A DNA stretch of 64,000 nucleotides from Chloroflexota bacterium (GCA_005880985.1 VBIQ01000008.1:64003-128002); one strand, 5' to 3'; counted from the first letter of the stretch, positions 19,123 through 28,798 are shown. Notes: generated by a model from the letters alone, not told the origin. A program made the numbers and translations.

Positions 19123-21018
19123 TCAACGGCGGCCGTCGGCGGCCAGGCTGCGCGCCGCCGCGACGATGTGACGTGCGGAGATCCCAGCCGCGTCGAGCAG
19201 CTCGGCCGGTCTTCCCGATCCGGGAAGACCGCGCACCGCCAGGTGCCGGATCCGCGGCGGTCGCTCCTCCTCGGAGAGCGCCTCCATCACCGCCGCTCCC
19301 AGGCCTCCCTGGGGATAGTGGTCCTCGACCACCACCAGCCGCCCTCCGGTCACTCGCGATGCTTCGCGCAGGGTCGCGACGTCGACCGGCTTGACCGAGT
19401 ACAGGTCGATGACGCGGACGTGGGCGCCAGCGGCGTCGAGCTCGGCCGCCGCCTCGAGGCATTGGTGGAGGGTGACCCCGGCCCCGATCAGGGCCACCTG
19501 GTCGTCGTCATGCTGGCGCAGGACCTTCGATCCGCCGACCGCGAACGTCTCGTCCTCGGTGTAGATGACCGGATAGGCGCCGCGGGTGGTGCGCATGTAG
19601 ACGATTCCGTCGGTCGTGGCCATCTCCGCCACCAGCCGCACCGCCGACACGGCGTCGCATGGATAGAGCACCGTCGAACCGTGCACCGCGCGCAGCGCGG
19701 CGAGATCCTCGAGCGCCATCTGCGACGGGCCGTCCTCGCCGATCTCGACCCCGGCATGCGAGCCCGACAGGCGGATGTTGGCCTGGGAGATCGCGGCCAT
19801 GCGGATGAAGTCGTAGGCGCGGCTGAGAAAGGCGGCGAAGGTCGAGGCGAAGGGGACGTAGCCGCGCACGCTCATGCCCACCGCGGCCGAGATCAACTGC
19901 TGCTCGGCGATGAACATCTCGAAGAAGCGGTCGGGATAGGCCTGCTTGAACTCGTCGGCATGGGTCGAGTTGCTCACCTCACCGTCCATGGCGACGACGT
20001 CGGGGCGCGCTCCGAGCGAGACCAGCGCATCTCCGTAGGCCTTGCGAGTCGCCACCTTGTCGCCCAGCTGGTAGCGCGGCAGCTCGATGCGGGCGCCGGC
20101 ACCGTGTGGGGTTGCCGGCTCGCGGTGCTCCGGCACCGCCACCTCGACCCGGAGGTCGCGAACGCCGCCGAGCTCGGCGATGGCGCGCTCCGCCATGTCC
20201 TTGGGCAGCGCCTTGCCGTGCCAGCCGTCCTTGTTCTCGATCTCCGGGAAGCCCTTGCCCTTGACGGTGCGGGCGATCACCACGGTGGGACGGTCGCCGC
20301 CGTCGCGGGCATCGCCGAGGGCACGGTCGATCTCACGCAGGTCGTGGCCGTCGATCACCAGCGGACGGCAGCCGAACGCTTCGACTCGCTGCCGGTAGCG
20401 GTCGAGGTCCCAGCCGAACTCCGTCTCGCCGCGTTGACCCAGGCGGTTGACGTCGATGATGGCGCAGAGATTTCCGAGCTGGTAGTGCGCGGCCTTGTCG
20501 AGCGCCTCCCACATCGAGCCCTCGGCCATCTCGCTGTCGCCGCACAGGGCCCAGACGTGGTAGGGGAGCTTGTCCATCGCCTTGCCGGCGAGAGCGATGC
20601 CGACGGCAATGGGCAGCCCCTGTCCGAGCGAGCCGGTGGCGACGTCGACCCAGGGGAGCACCGGGGTCGGGTGCCCCTGCAGACGTGACCCGAAGCGGCG
20701 ATAGGTGGTGATCAGCTCGCGGTCGTCGATCACTCCCACCGCCTTGAACATCGCGTAGAGCAGCGGTGACGCGTGGCCCTTGGAGAAGACCAGGTGGTCG
20801 TTGTTGGGCTCACGCGGGTTGGCCCAGTCGTAGCGGAGGTGGTGCGCCAGCAGCATCGCCATCAGGTCGGCGGCCGACATCCCCGAGGTGGGATGGCCGG
20901 ATCCGACCTCGGTGCTGCAGCGGACGCCGTCGACACGCAGCTGCTGCGCCAGTTCGTGCACGACGTCGAGGTCGACGCCGGCCTCGCCGGTGGTGCGCCG
21001 GGTGACTGCCATTCTCAC
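19123..21018 (-). CDS. tkt: Transketolase
   Basis: ThDP-binding motif (GDGEMAEG...), TK C-terminal domain, first gene of the PPP operon. Confidence 0.95.
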   Translation of the reverse strand: MRMAVTRRTTGEAGVDLDVVHELAQQLRVDGVRCSTEVGSGHPTSGMSAADLMAMLLAHHLRYDWANPREPNNDHLVFSKGHASPLLYAMFKAVGVIDDRELITTYRRFGSRLQGHPTPVLPWVDVATGSLGQGLPIAVGIALAGKAMDKLPYHVWALCGDSEMAEGSMWEALDKAAHYQLGNLCAIIDVNRLGQRGETEFGWDLDRYRQRVEAFGCRPLVIDGHDLREIDRALGDARDGGDRPTVVIARTVKGKGFPEIENKDGWHGKALPKDMAERAIAELGGVRDLRVEVAVPEHREPATPHGAGARIELPRYQLGDKVATRKAYGDALVSLGARPDVVAMDGEVSNSTHADEFKQAYPDRFFEMFIAEQQLISAAVGMSVRGYVPFASTFAAFLSRAYDFIRMAAISQANIRLSGSHAGVEIGEDGPSQMALEDLAALRAVHGSTVLYPCDAVSAVRLVAEMATTDGIVYMRTTRGAYPVIYTEDETFAVGGSKVLRQHDDDQVALIGAGVTLHQCLEAAAELDAAGAHVRVIDLYSVKPVDVATLREASRVTGGRLVVVEDHYPQGGLGAAVMEALSEEERPPRIRHLAVRGLPGSGRPAELLDAAGISARHIVAAARSLAADGRR

Positions 21019-21125
21019 CTCCCTCGATCACGGTGCACGGGAACGCCCGCCGGTCTCCATCATGGCCCCTGGGATCGGATGACTGCAGGGGCCCAACTCC
21101 GGCGCGGAGTCGCGTGCGCCGACGC

Positions 21126-21824
21126 TCAACCCGGGCCGAGCAGGGCGGTGACGGCGGCGCGGGCGGCGGCGGCGCGCGCCGGCGCGGCGGCGAGCTCGTC
21201 CTGCCGCCGCCGGCGCCGTTCGTCCGGCCCGCCGGGGTCGATCGCCCGCCGCCACCACGGTACCGCGGCCTCCCCGAGACCCACGCGCCGCGCCAGCCGG
21301 GTCACCGCGACGGCGTCGGCGACGCCGCCGCAGACCAGCACCTGCCCGACCACCGCTGCCGCGGCCTGGCGCCAGGCATCCGCCTCGCGGTCGACAGCGG
21401 CGATGCCGGCGCGGCCCAGGGAGATGAGCACCTGCTCGCTGCGACCAACGTCGCGCACGGTGGCGATCCGGCCCACCGCGGTGTTGGGGCCGCCGCTCGC
21501 ACGGGCGGCCAGCTCGGCGTCGCCGTCGAGGATGACCGCCGCCTCGCCGGCCATCGGAGTGGCGATCGCGGTCCCCGCGACGGCGACGCGGCGGGCCCGC
21601 GGCATCCAGAACCCGGCCGCCTGCCGCGCCGCGGCGATCCCGCTCCCGCTGACCACCAGGGCGATCGTTCCCGCGGGAGCGGCACAGGTCCACGCGGCGC
21701 GCGCGCGACCGGCGGGCACGCTGCGCAGCTGCAACCGCCGGCGGCGGAGCTCGCCCCGGACGGGGACGGCGTCCGCCGACAGCGCGCAGGCGACGATCCC
21801 GACCAGCCAGGGCTGCTGTGCCAT
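21126..21824 (-). CDS. Hypothetical protein (Ala/Gly-rich, soluble), start chosen at MAQQPWL
   Basis: Only frame with consistent GC3 bias in this interval; the overlapping Arg-rich frames look like GC artefacts; no confident family assignment. Confidence 0.35.
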   Translation of the reverse strand: MAQQPWLVGIVACALSADAVPVRGELRRRRLQLRSVPAGRARAAWTCAAPAGTIALVVSGSGIAAARQAAGFWMPRARRVAVAGTAIATPMAGEAAVILDGDAELAARASGGPNTAVGRIATVRDVGRSEQVLISLGRAGIAAVDREADAWRQAAAAVVGQVLVCGGVADAVAVTRLARRVGLGEAAVPWWRRAIDPGGPDERRRRRQDELAAAPARAAAARAAVTALLGPG

Positions 21825-21948
21825 TGCGGAGGCTCCTCGGTGCTTCGATATGGGCGTGAGGAGTCTGCCCGGAGACCGGCGGCGGGCGTGGGTGACCCCC
21901 GCCGGACGGGGTGTACACTCGGGTTCCCGAGACGGTTTTGCGCGCCGC

Positions 21949-22025
21949 GCGCCCATAGCTCAGCCCGGATAGAGCAGCGGACTACGGATCCGCGTGCGGG
22001 GGTTCAAATCCTCCTGGGCGCGCCA
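21949..22025 (+). tRNA. tRNA-Arg (anticodon ACG)
   Basis: Cloverleaf parsed by hand: acceptor GCGCCCA/TGGGCGC, D arm GCTC-AGCCCGGATA-GAGC, anticodon stem GCGGA/TCCGC with loop CUACGGA (U33, ACG at 34-36), 4-nt variable loop, T arm GGGGG-TTCAAAT-CCTCC, discriminator G then genomically encoded CCA; loop identical to known bacterial tRNA-Arg(ACG). Confidence 0.88.
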
Positions 22026-22063
22026 CCCTGTTTCGAGTTCGATTCGCAGCGTGGAGCTAGCCG

Positions 22064-22681
22064 ATGGGTTTGTACCAGGACCAACTCCTGCCGCGATTCC
22101 AGGACAAGGTGATGAGTCGAAAGGCGACGCGCGAGCCCCGAGCCCGCGTCTGTGCCGGCCTGCATGGCGAGATCGTGGAAGTCGGCTTCGGCACCGGGCT
22201 CAACGCTCCGCACTATCCGGCCGAGGTCGTCAAGGTGTTGGCGGTCGAGCCGTCGGCGGTGTGCATGCGGCTCGCGGAGCCACGGATCGCCCGCACCTCG
22301 GCCCGGGTCGAGTTGGCGGGTCTCAGCGGCGAGCATCTGGACCTGCCCTCCGATGAGTTCGACGGTGTGTTGTCGACGTGGACGCTGTGCACCATCCCCG
22401 ACGTCGGTGTCGCCCTCACCGAGCTGCGACGGGTGTTGCAACGCGGCGGGTCATTCCACTTCATCGAGCACGGGCACGCGCCGGATCCCAAGGTGGCGCG
22501 CTGGCAGGGACGGCTCGAACCGCTCAACAAGCGGCTCGCCGGGGGGTGCCACCTCACTCGCGACATCCCCCGGCTGATCGAGGACGCGGGGTTCGCCATC
22601 GAGCACCTCAACAAGTATTACTTCAAGGGCGAGCCCAAGGTGTTCGGCCACACATTCGAAGGCCGCGCCGTCAAGGTTTGA
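22064..22681 (+). CDS. Class I SAM-dependent methyltransferase
   Basis: Motif I (EVGFGTGLN) and Methyltransf_11-like layout (RVLQRGGSFHFIEH). Confidence 0.8.
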   Translation: MGLYQDQLLPRFQDKVMSRKATREPRARVCAGLHGEIVEVGFGTGLNAPHYPAEVVKVLAVEPSAVCMRLAEPRIARTSARVELAGLSGEHLDLPSDEFDGVLSTWTLCTIPDVGVALTELRRVLQRGGSFHFIEHGHAPDPKVARWQGRLEPLNKRLAGGCHLTRDIPRLIEDAGFAIEHLNKYYFKGEPKVFGHTFEGRAVKV

Positions 22682-22695
22682 CGAGGGAGCCGCAA

Positions 22696-22713
22696 GCCGC
22701 AGCGGGAGGCGGC
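22696..22713. terminator. Candidate bidirectional terminator hairpin between convergent genes
   Basis: GCCGC-agcgggag-GCGGC stem-loop sits exactly between the methyltransferase stop (22679-22681) and the HD-GYP stop (22715-22717); weak, no U-tract. Confidence 0.25.
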
Positions 22714-22714
22714 C

Positions 22715-24652
22715 TCAGGCTTTGACGGTGGTGCTGGCCGTGCCGGAAGAGCCGTCGTCGTCGCTGATGACCACCGTCACCGTGTAGGTGTGTCCCTGGG
22801 CGTACTGGTGGTTGAGGGTGAAGGTCCGTCCCGTGAGGGCGAGTGGCTGCGGCCCGGCTCCGTCGCCGTAATCGACCGTCGCCGTCCAGGTGTCCGATGC
22901 GGGATCGCTGAACGAGCCCGGCTGTGAGTAGGTCTTCGTCCCCGAGCCGGCGAGGGTTGCCGTGGGAATCGCCTGGACCACCGGCGCGACGTCCACAACC
23001 CGCAACGACGTGCTGCCTCGTCCTGAAGCACTGCCGTCGTCGGTGACGGTGACCGTCACCGCGAACGTTCCCTCGTTGGCGTAGGTGTGGCCCAGCGTGA
23101 ACGATCGCCCCGCGAGCGCCAGCGGGTGGGTTCCGCTGCCATCGCCGTAGTCCACGGTCGCCGTCCACGAGCTGCTGTCGGGATCGCTGAACGAACCGCC
23201 GCCAGAGAAGCTCGTCCCCTCGGACACCTGGGCAGCCGCGTTGACGGTGACCGTCGGCGGCGTGTCGACCCTCGCGGTGGGAGTGGGTGATGGCGAGGCC
23301 GGTCCGGTGCTGGTTGGTTGGGCGGCAGCTGATGCTGCCGGCGTCGCCGTCGCGGTCGGGTTCGGCTGCAGCCGAACCGCCGACGGCACCGGCGAGCCCG
23401 CGGACGCAGCCGGGGTGGATGCGGGCTGAGGGTTGGGCGACGGCGTGGCCGTCGCGCCGGGTATCAAGGATGCGGAGCGACCCGGGGGAACCGGCTTGGT
23501 GTGGGCCGCCGCAGTTGCCGGTGCGCTCGCGGCCGCCGAGTGGTGCGGTCCCAGCACGCCGCCGACCACCAGTCCGGCGGTCGTCGCGGTCACCGCCACG
23601 CCGGAGGCGATCTGGCTGCCGATCTGGCCGAAGCCACCGCCGAGGCGCCCGAGCAGCGGGAATTGACCGAGCCAGGCTCCGAAGCCGGCAGCCCGCCAGA
23701 TCCGGCCAACCGAGATGTTGAGGAAAGCGCGGACCACTGCGGGATCGAAGTGCGTGCCGGAGCACCGAACCAGCTCCCCGCGCGCCGCGGTCGCCCCCAT
23801 CGGCCGGCGGTACGGCCGGGGAGCGGTCATCGTCTCGTAGGAGTCGGCGACCGCGACGATGCGGCCTCCGAGTGAGATCTCCTCACCTCGGAGGCCGCGA
23901 GGGTAGCCGCTGCCGTCGAATCGTTCGTGGTGGTGTTCCACCGCGAACGCCCACTCGCCCAGCCAGGGGAAGATCGGTGCGACCAGCTTCGCGCCCTGCT
24001 CCGGGTGTGCATGCAGGGTCGCCCACTCTTCGTCGTCCGGCGCTGCCGCCTTGGTGAGGATGTCGGCGGGCACGTCGAGCTTGCCGATGTCGTGCAGTAG
24101 GGACGCCCACCGCAGCCGCGCCCGGTCGAGCTCGGGCAGCTGCATCTCCTCGCTGATGAGGTCGGTGAACACCCGCGTCCGTTCCGAGTGCCCGCGGGTC
24201 TGGCGGTCATGGAGCTGCAACGCGGTGACAAGCTCGAGCACTGTTCGCGCCCCGAAGGCATCGTCTTCGAGGCCGTCCTCATGGGCGCGAAGCAGCTTCT
24301 GGCGGAGCTCCTCGGGCCGGCCGACCCGGCGGGCCACGGCGAAGCGCGCCGGCGCGCGGTCGGGGAAGAGCAGGCTGAGGTTGAGCAGCGTCGCCAGAGG
24401 AATCAGCCGCCGGGCCAGGCGCCCGACCCCTATCAGCGCCACCAGCGATCCGGCCACCACCACCGTCCACCACAGCCCGATCCGGAGCGCGCCTTCGGGG
24501 CGGGGAAGGACCTTGATCAGCAGCATCGACGCTGCCAGCGAGGCGGCGACGGGAAGCACGAAGATCGCCGCGCGCAGGAGCCCGCTGAGCAGCGGACGAC
24601 GCCGCCAGAGTTGCCCGGGACGCGGCTCCTCCACCCTCTGCTCGGGGTTCAA
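22715..24652 (-). CDS. Membrane HD-GYP c-di-GMP phosphodiesterase with C-terminal tandem PKD-like domains
   Basis: Two N-terminal TM helices; HD motif (LLHDIGK) and HHERFDGSGYP (HD-GYP signature); a third hydrophobic segment, a Pro/Ala/Thr/Ser linker, then two about 85-aa repeats with a PKD-like core (WTATVDYGDGSG...GHTYANEGTFAVTVTVTDDDG). Confidence 0.85.
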   Translation of the reverse strand: MNPEQRVEEPRPGQLWRRRPLLSGLLRAAIFVLPVAASLAASMLLIKVLPRPEGALRIGLWWTVVVAGSLVALIGVGRLARRLIPLATLLNLSLLFPDRAPARFAVARRVGRPEELRQKLLRAHEDGLEDDAFGARTVLELVTALQLHDRQTRGHSERTRVFTDLISEEMQLPELDRARLRWASLLHDIGKLDVPADILTKAAAPDDEEWATLHAHPEQGAKLVAPIFPWLGEWAFAVEHHHERFDGSGYPRGLRGEEISLGGRIVAVADSYETMTAPRPYRRPMGATAARGELVRCSGTHFDPAVVRAFLNISVGRIWRAAGFGAWLGQFPLLGRLGGGFGQIGSQIASGVAVTATTAGLVVGGVLGPHHSAAASAPATAAAHTKPVPPGRSASLIPGATATPSPNPQPASTPAASAGSPVPSAVRLQPNPTATATPAASAAAQPTSTGPASPSPTPTARVDTPPTVTVNAAAQVSEGTSFSGGGSFSDPDSSSWTATVDYGDGSGTHPLALAGRSFTLGHTYANEGTFAVTVTVTDDGSASGRGSTSLRVVDVAPVVQAIPTATLAGSGTKTYSQPGSFSDPASDTWTATVDYGDGAGPQPLALTGRTFTLNHQYAQGHTYTVTVVISDDDGSSGTASTTVKA

Positions 24653-24963
24653 GCTGCTGACTGCCTCCTCGATGGCGCGGCACGAGATCTCGCCCGCGCG
24701 CGTTCACGGTGATCATGGATGCCAGTAACCCCACCGCCTGAACCGCCGGCGTGACAAGCCCGTAAACGCCCTCCCGGCTCCCGGTTCGGCTTCTGCCCCG
24801 GATCGGTCACGAGGCCTTGACGCGCTCGTCGGGGCGGCCGGTGGGCGGCGACGATTCCCCGCGACGCGAAGGTTCGCGCGTGAGGGACCGCCGGGAACGC
24901 CATGGCAGTGGCCCGGTCCGGCCACCCTGACGTTCGCCTACCCAAGAGGATGGATGAGTTGAG

Positions 24964-25551
24964 GTGAAGGCAGACGGGGGTGGTGCCCTCGCCCGACGCG
25001 CACAGCGCCGGCGCGAGTCCGGCGTCTCCATGGTCGAGTTCGCGATCGTGGCACCGCTCGGACTCCTCCTCATGTTCGGCATCGTGATCTTCGGCCTGCT
25101 GGAGATGAACCAGGTGGCGCTGAGCAACCTCACGAGGGACTCGGTGCGTGCCGGCGGTGTCTGCGGCAGCGCGTTGCGAGCTTCGAACTCCAAGCTTCCC
25201 GATGGGAATGCCTGCTCCTACGCAAACCTCAAAACCTTCGTCACCAACCGCCTCAACGGGCTGCCGAGCGGCTCGGTGGTGAAGCCGCCCGCCGCCGGCT
25301 TCAGCAGCACCAACTGCGACACCACCGACACCAACGCGATCTACTGCGTCTGGGACGCATCGCACAATGCCGTCTCGATCAGCAGCTCCAACCCGCTCGA
25401 CGCCTGCATCAAGGGCGACGAGCTGGAGATCGTCACTGAATTCAGCCAGAGCCTGTACACCCCGTTCGTCGGCAAGGCCTTCGGCGGCAGTGGCTCGAGC
25501 AAGACGCTGAGCGCCGACGCCTACGCAGCGTGCGAGCAGGCACTGTCATGA
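24964..25551 (+). CDS. tadE: TadE-like pilus assembly protein (Flp/Tad pseudopilin), GTG start
   Basis: TadE N-terminal signature (RRRESGVSMVEFAIVAPLGLLLMFGIV) with single TM. Confidence 0.7.
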   Translation: MKADGGGALARRAQRRRESGVSMVEFAIVAPLGLLLMFGIVIFGLLEMNQVALSNLTRDSVRAGGVCGSALRASNSKLPDGNACSYANLKTFVTNRLNGLPSGSVVKPPAAGFSSTNCDTTDTNAIYCVWDASHNAVSISSSNPLDACIKGDELEIVTEFSQSLYTPFVGKAFGGSGSSKTLSADAYAACEQALS

Positions 25552-26090
25552 GCTTTCGCCGCTCGCGATCGAGGAGACGGCGGGGTCAGGCGATGGTTGA
25601 GCTGGCCATCGTCGCCCCGATCCTGGTGCTGCTGGTGACCGGTGGCGCCCAGGTAGCGGTGGTCGTCTATTCCCAGGTATCCGTTGGCACCGCGTCGAGG
25701 GAAGGCGCCCGCACCGCTGTCGACAACCCCAAGGACACGCAGCTGTTCCCGGCAGCAGTCACCAAGGACTGCACCAGCTCCAGCGACACGCGCAAGGCCT
25801 GCGCCGCCGCCTTCAACTCGACGACCCAGACCTTCGGCCTTGTCAACCCCGCGAATTTCACCGTCCACCTGTCGTCGCAGAAGTACCCCTCGGGGACCTC
25901 CACCCCTTCCTGCAACGGGAGCGCAGGCACGGCCGACGATGGGCTCGTCCAGGTGCAGGTCACGTATCAGGCGCCCATCTTCGTCCCATTTGTCAACCGG
26001 TTCTTCGCTGATTCCGGTCAGTCGTATCGCACGGTAAAGAGCACCGTGACGATGCGGGTCAGCCCATGCTCGGCCAATGGTGGTAACTAG
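25548..26090 (+). CDS. TadE/TadF-like pilus assembly protein
   Basis: TadE N-terminal signature (RRRRGQAMVELAIVAPILVLLVTGG); ATG overlaps the upstream stop (ATGA). Confidence 0.7.
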   Translation: MSFRRSRSRRRRGQAMVELAIVAPILVLLVTGGAQVAVVVYSQVSVGTASREGARTAVDNPKDTQLFPAAVTKDCTSSSDTRKACAAAFNSTTQTFGLVNPANFTVHLSSQKYPSGTSTPSCNGSAGTADDGLVQVQVTYQAPIFVPFVNRFFADSGQSYRTVKSTVTMRVSPCSANGGN

Positions 26091-26091
26091 A

Positions 26092-27645
26092 ATGCACAGG
26101 CCTCGTCGCTCCGGCGGGCAGTCCGGCCAGATGCTCGTCGTCACGGCGCTCCTGGCTCTGGTCCTCATCGGCGCCACCGCTCTGGCGGTCGATCTCTCGG
26201 CCAACACCCAGAGCCGGCGCAGTCTCCAGAACATCACCGACTCGGCCGCGCTGGCGGCGGCTCGGAACCTTCCGAGCAACCAGAATCAAGCGATGAAGGA
26301 CGCGCTCGACGACCTGGACCGCAATTCTCCATGGTCCAGCGACCCAACCTGGCTGGCCAACGCCCAGGCTGCGATCACCTGCGCCGGCGGCACCTGCACG
26401 GTCAGCTACCCGGGGCCGGGAAGCTACAGCAACTACACCGTATCGGCCAGCACCCCACCGGCCAGCCCGAAGAACTCCGCCTACAACAGCAGCAGCTACA
26501 TCCAGGTGGACCTGACGCAGAGCACGACCAACGGCTTCGCCGGGGCGGTCGGGTTCAGCTCGTCCACCGAGGTGGGCCACTCGGTGGGCTACAGCGCCGG
26601 TCCGTCGACGTTCTACGACTATGCCTTCTTCTCCAAGGTGCACGCCGGTTCGGGTAACCAGCAGGAGCAGATCTACGGGGACGCGTACCTCGGTAATGGG
26701 TACTCGCCGCAGAGCTCAGGCAAGGCGGGCTTCTGCGCCTTCCAGCTGACCGGCAAAGAGACCGCCGCGACAGATACCGATAACGACCTGAACGATCCGA
26801 TGCCTGACAGCGGCGGCGACGTCGATGATCAGGGCCACCTGACCTTCGCCGGGCCGCCGAGTGTCGGGCCAAACCCCAGCTATGATGTGGGACCGCCCTG
26901 TGCGGGCAGCGGCGGGCTGAGCGCGCAGTCCGGCCCGCCGAGCGCGAGCAACTGTCCGCCGGCTTCAGCTCCGCAGTCATACACAAGCGGCGGCACCACC
27001 TACTCGGTCTGCGTTCAGGCGGCGCCTCCCCTTCCGAATATCATCGCGCCCACCGTCACCACGGCGAGCGGCACTCCTGCCCTCTGCGGCGCCACCATCT
27101 CCAACGGATACGCTAAGGGCGTATACGCGGTGGGCGCCAATTGCACGGTGACGCTCGACTTCTCGTCCGGCAACATCGACTGCGTCTCCCTCGTGCTGGG
27201 CGCGGGGGCATCGGTCAGCATCACCAACAAGAAGGGACAGAACTACATCAGCGCTTTTGGCTTTGACCCCACGACCTCCGCCAAGGCTGTTGCCGCCATC
27301 AACGCTTTGCCAGCGGTTGCCCCGGTCGCTGCGTGTCTCGGTGCGAGTGGGACGGAGCCGGGGCCGAACAAGAGCGTCATCTGGTCACCCAACACCTCGG
27401 CCAGCCCCATGCCGACGGCGTTGAGCAATGCCGCGACAGGCTGCTGCAGTGACACCCTCTTCCTCGGCACCGTCTATCTGCCCGGCCAGCAGGTGAGCTT
27501 CGCCACCAACCAGGCGATGGAAGACGTCGGCATGGTGTACGTGGGGGACTGGGACGTCCAGAGCGGAAACCATCCCAACCCCATGGTGCAGTTCGATGGG
27601 GCGGTGGCGGCACCCCTGCAGACCATCCTTCGGTTGGTCGAGTAG
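26092..27645 (+). CDS. tadG: TadG-like protein (putative Flp pilus-assembly TadE/G-like domain), alternative start 26077
   Basis: N-terminal TM then the TadG-like segment (LVLIGATALAVDLSANTQSRRSLQNITDSAALAAAR); Ser/Gly/Pro-rich, Cys-containing extracellular region. Confidence 0.7.
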   Translation: MHRPRRSGGQSGQMLVVTALLALVLIGATALAVDLSANTQSRRSLQNITDSAALAAARNLPSNQNQAMKDALDDLDRNSPWSSDPTWLANAQAAITCAGGTCTVSYPGPGSYSNYTVSASTPPASPKNSAYNSSSYIQVDLTQSTTNGFAGAVGFSSSTEVGHSVGYSAGPSTFYDYAFFSKVHAGSGNQQEQIYGDAYLGNGYSPQSSGKAGFCAFQLTGKETAATDTDNDLNDPMPDSGGDVDDQGHLTFAGPPSVGPNPSYDVGPPCAGSGGLSAQSGPPSASNCPPASAPQSYTSGGTTYSVCVQAAPPLPNIIAPTVTTASGTPALCGATISNGYAKGVYAVGANCTVTLDFSSGNIDCVSLVLGAGASVSITNKKGQNYISAFGFDPTTSAKAVAAINALPAVAPVAACLGASGTEPGPNKSVIWSPNTSASPMPTALSNAATGCCSDTLFLGTVYLPGQQVSFATNQAMEDVGMVYVGDWDVQSGNHPNPMVQFDGAVAAPLQTILRLVE

Positions 27646-27706
27646 GCAGGGAGCGGTCGGCACCAACCGGCCGCCACTTCGCCCGGCGTCGCGTACGCTG
27701 CTCACC

Positions 27707-28747
27707 ATGGACGAACCCGCCGCAGCCCCAGCCTTCCGGCTGGCGGCGTTGCGCCCGCCGGTGGCGCTGGCGCTGAGCGGCGGCGGCGCGCGGGGCGCCG
27801 CCCAGGCGGGCGTGGCCATCGAGCTGATCGCGGCCGGGCTGCGGCCGGACCTGATCATCGGCACCTCGATCGGTGCCTGGAACGGCGCCTGGCTGGCCGC
27901 CCACCCGGACGACGTGGAGTCGCTGGCGACCTGGTGGCTGGACGCCGAGGTGCGGCGCATCTTCCGCGGCATGTGGCTCGGCTATGCCGGCGCCCTCGCC
28001 TGGCGTCGCAGCGCCGCGCTGTCGGCGGGGCGGGTCGATCACCTGCTGGGGCGCGGTCTCGGCGACATGACCTTCGAGGAGCTGCCGGTCCGGCTGGTGA
28101 TCGGCGCCGCCGACCTGCTCACCGCCGACCTCGTCTACTTCGACAGCGGCCCGGTCGCTCCCGCGGTGCGCGCCTCCTCGGCGATCCCCACGGTGCTGCC
28201 TCCGGTGGCGCTGGGAGACCGCCTGCTCGTCGACGGCGGCATCCTCGACAACTTCGGCGTGCACGAGGCGGTCCGCCGCGGCGCTCGCAGCATCATCCTC
28301 GTCGACGTCAGCACCTACGATCTGGTCCAGCCACCGGTCGGTCTGGGCGAGATCTTCGACCGTTCCACGGTGATCGCGCAGGTGCACCAGCGGCGCCGAT
28401 CGGCGGCGGCGGCGGCAGGCGCCGGCGTGCCCATGCACCTCATCGAGGCGAGCAACGGGGAGTCGCCGCTCGACTTCCAGCATGCGGCGGCTGCGCTGGA
28501 GCACGGCCGTGCCGTGGCCCGTGCCTGGCTGGCCGGCGAGGCTCTACCACCGCTCCGTCCGGCGCCGCCGGCCGAGGAGCGGGTCCGGCTTCTGCAGCGG
28601 TGGCGGGTCCTCGAGGAGCAGCTGGTCGCCCGGATGTCCGCCATGCCCCTCTGGCGGCGAGTGGCACAGTATGGGAACGGCTCCGACCCGGCGGTCCCGG
28701 CCGCCGACCTCGAGCCCATCGACCCGGTGGGGGACGCCGCCGGCTGA
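27707..28747 (+). CDS. Patatin-like phospholipase
   Basis: Oxyanion GGGARG and nucleophile elbow GTSIGA (GxSxG), DGG catalytic Asp motif (LVDGGILDN). Confidence 0.8.
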   Translation: MDEPAAAPAFRLAALRPPVALALSGGGARGAAQAGVAIELIAAGLRPDLIIGTSIGAWNGAWLAAHPDDVESLATWWLDAEVRRIFRGMWLGYAGALAWRRSAALSAGRVDHLLGRGLGDMTFEELPVRLVIGAADLLTADLVYFDSGPVAPAVRASSAIPTVLPPVALGDRLLVDGGILDNFGVHEAVRRGARSIILVDVSTYDLVQPPVGLGEIFDRSTVIAQVHQRRRSAAAAAGAGVPMHLIEASNGESPLDFQHAAAALEHGRAVARAWLAGEALPPLRPAPPAEERVRLLQRWRVLEEQLVARMSAMPLWRRVAQYGNGSDPAVPAADLEPIDPVGDAAG

Positions 28748-28798
28748 CCGGTCCCAGGAGCGACGCCTGTCCGAGATGAGCTGCGTGATCAGTCGTCA

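Noticed and set aside
21028-21918. 296-aa Arg-rich ORF overlapping the hypothetical gene upstream of tkt.
   Set aside because: Extreme Arg/Gly/Pro composition with no hydrophobic core. The alternative frame (21126-21824) has better codon bias, though its function remains unknown.
21994-22441. ORFs overlapping the tRNA-Arg 3' region and the start of the methyltransferase.
   Set aside because: Short, low-complexity ORFs on both strands in a region better explained by the tRNA and the motif-bearing methyltransferase frame.
24653-24963. Searched for a small Flp pilin gene (about 60 aa with a hydrophobic N-terminus) in the gap upstream of tadE.
   Set aside because: No ORF with a Flp-like signal or G/XXXXEY motif was found. 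The Tad trio appears orphaned from its pilin and secretion genes within this window.
27707-28747. Patatin-like phospholipase as a possible CBASS-type antiphage effector.
   Set aside because: No CD-NTase/cyclase, no E1/E2/JAB accessory genes and no other defence genes are adjacent. The neighbours are Tad pseudopilins and fdhD.
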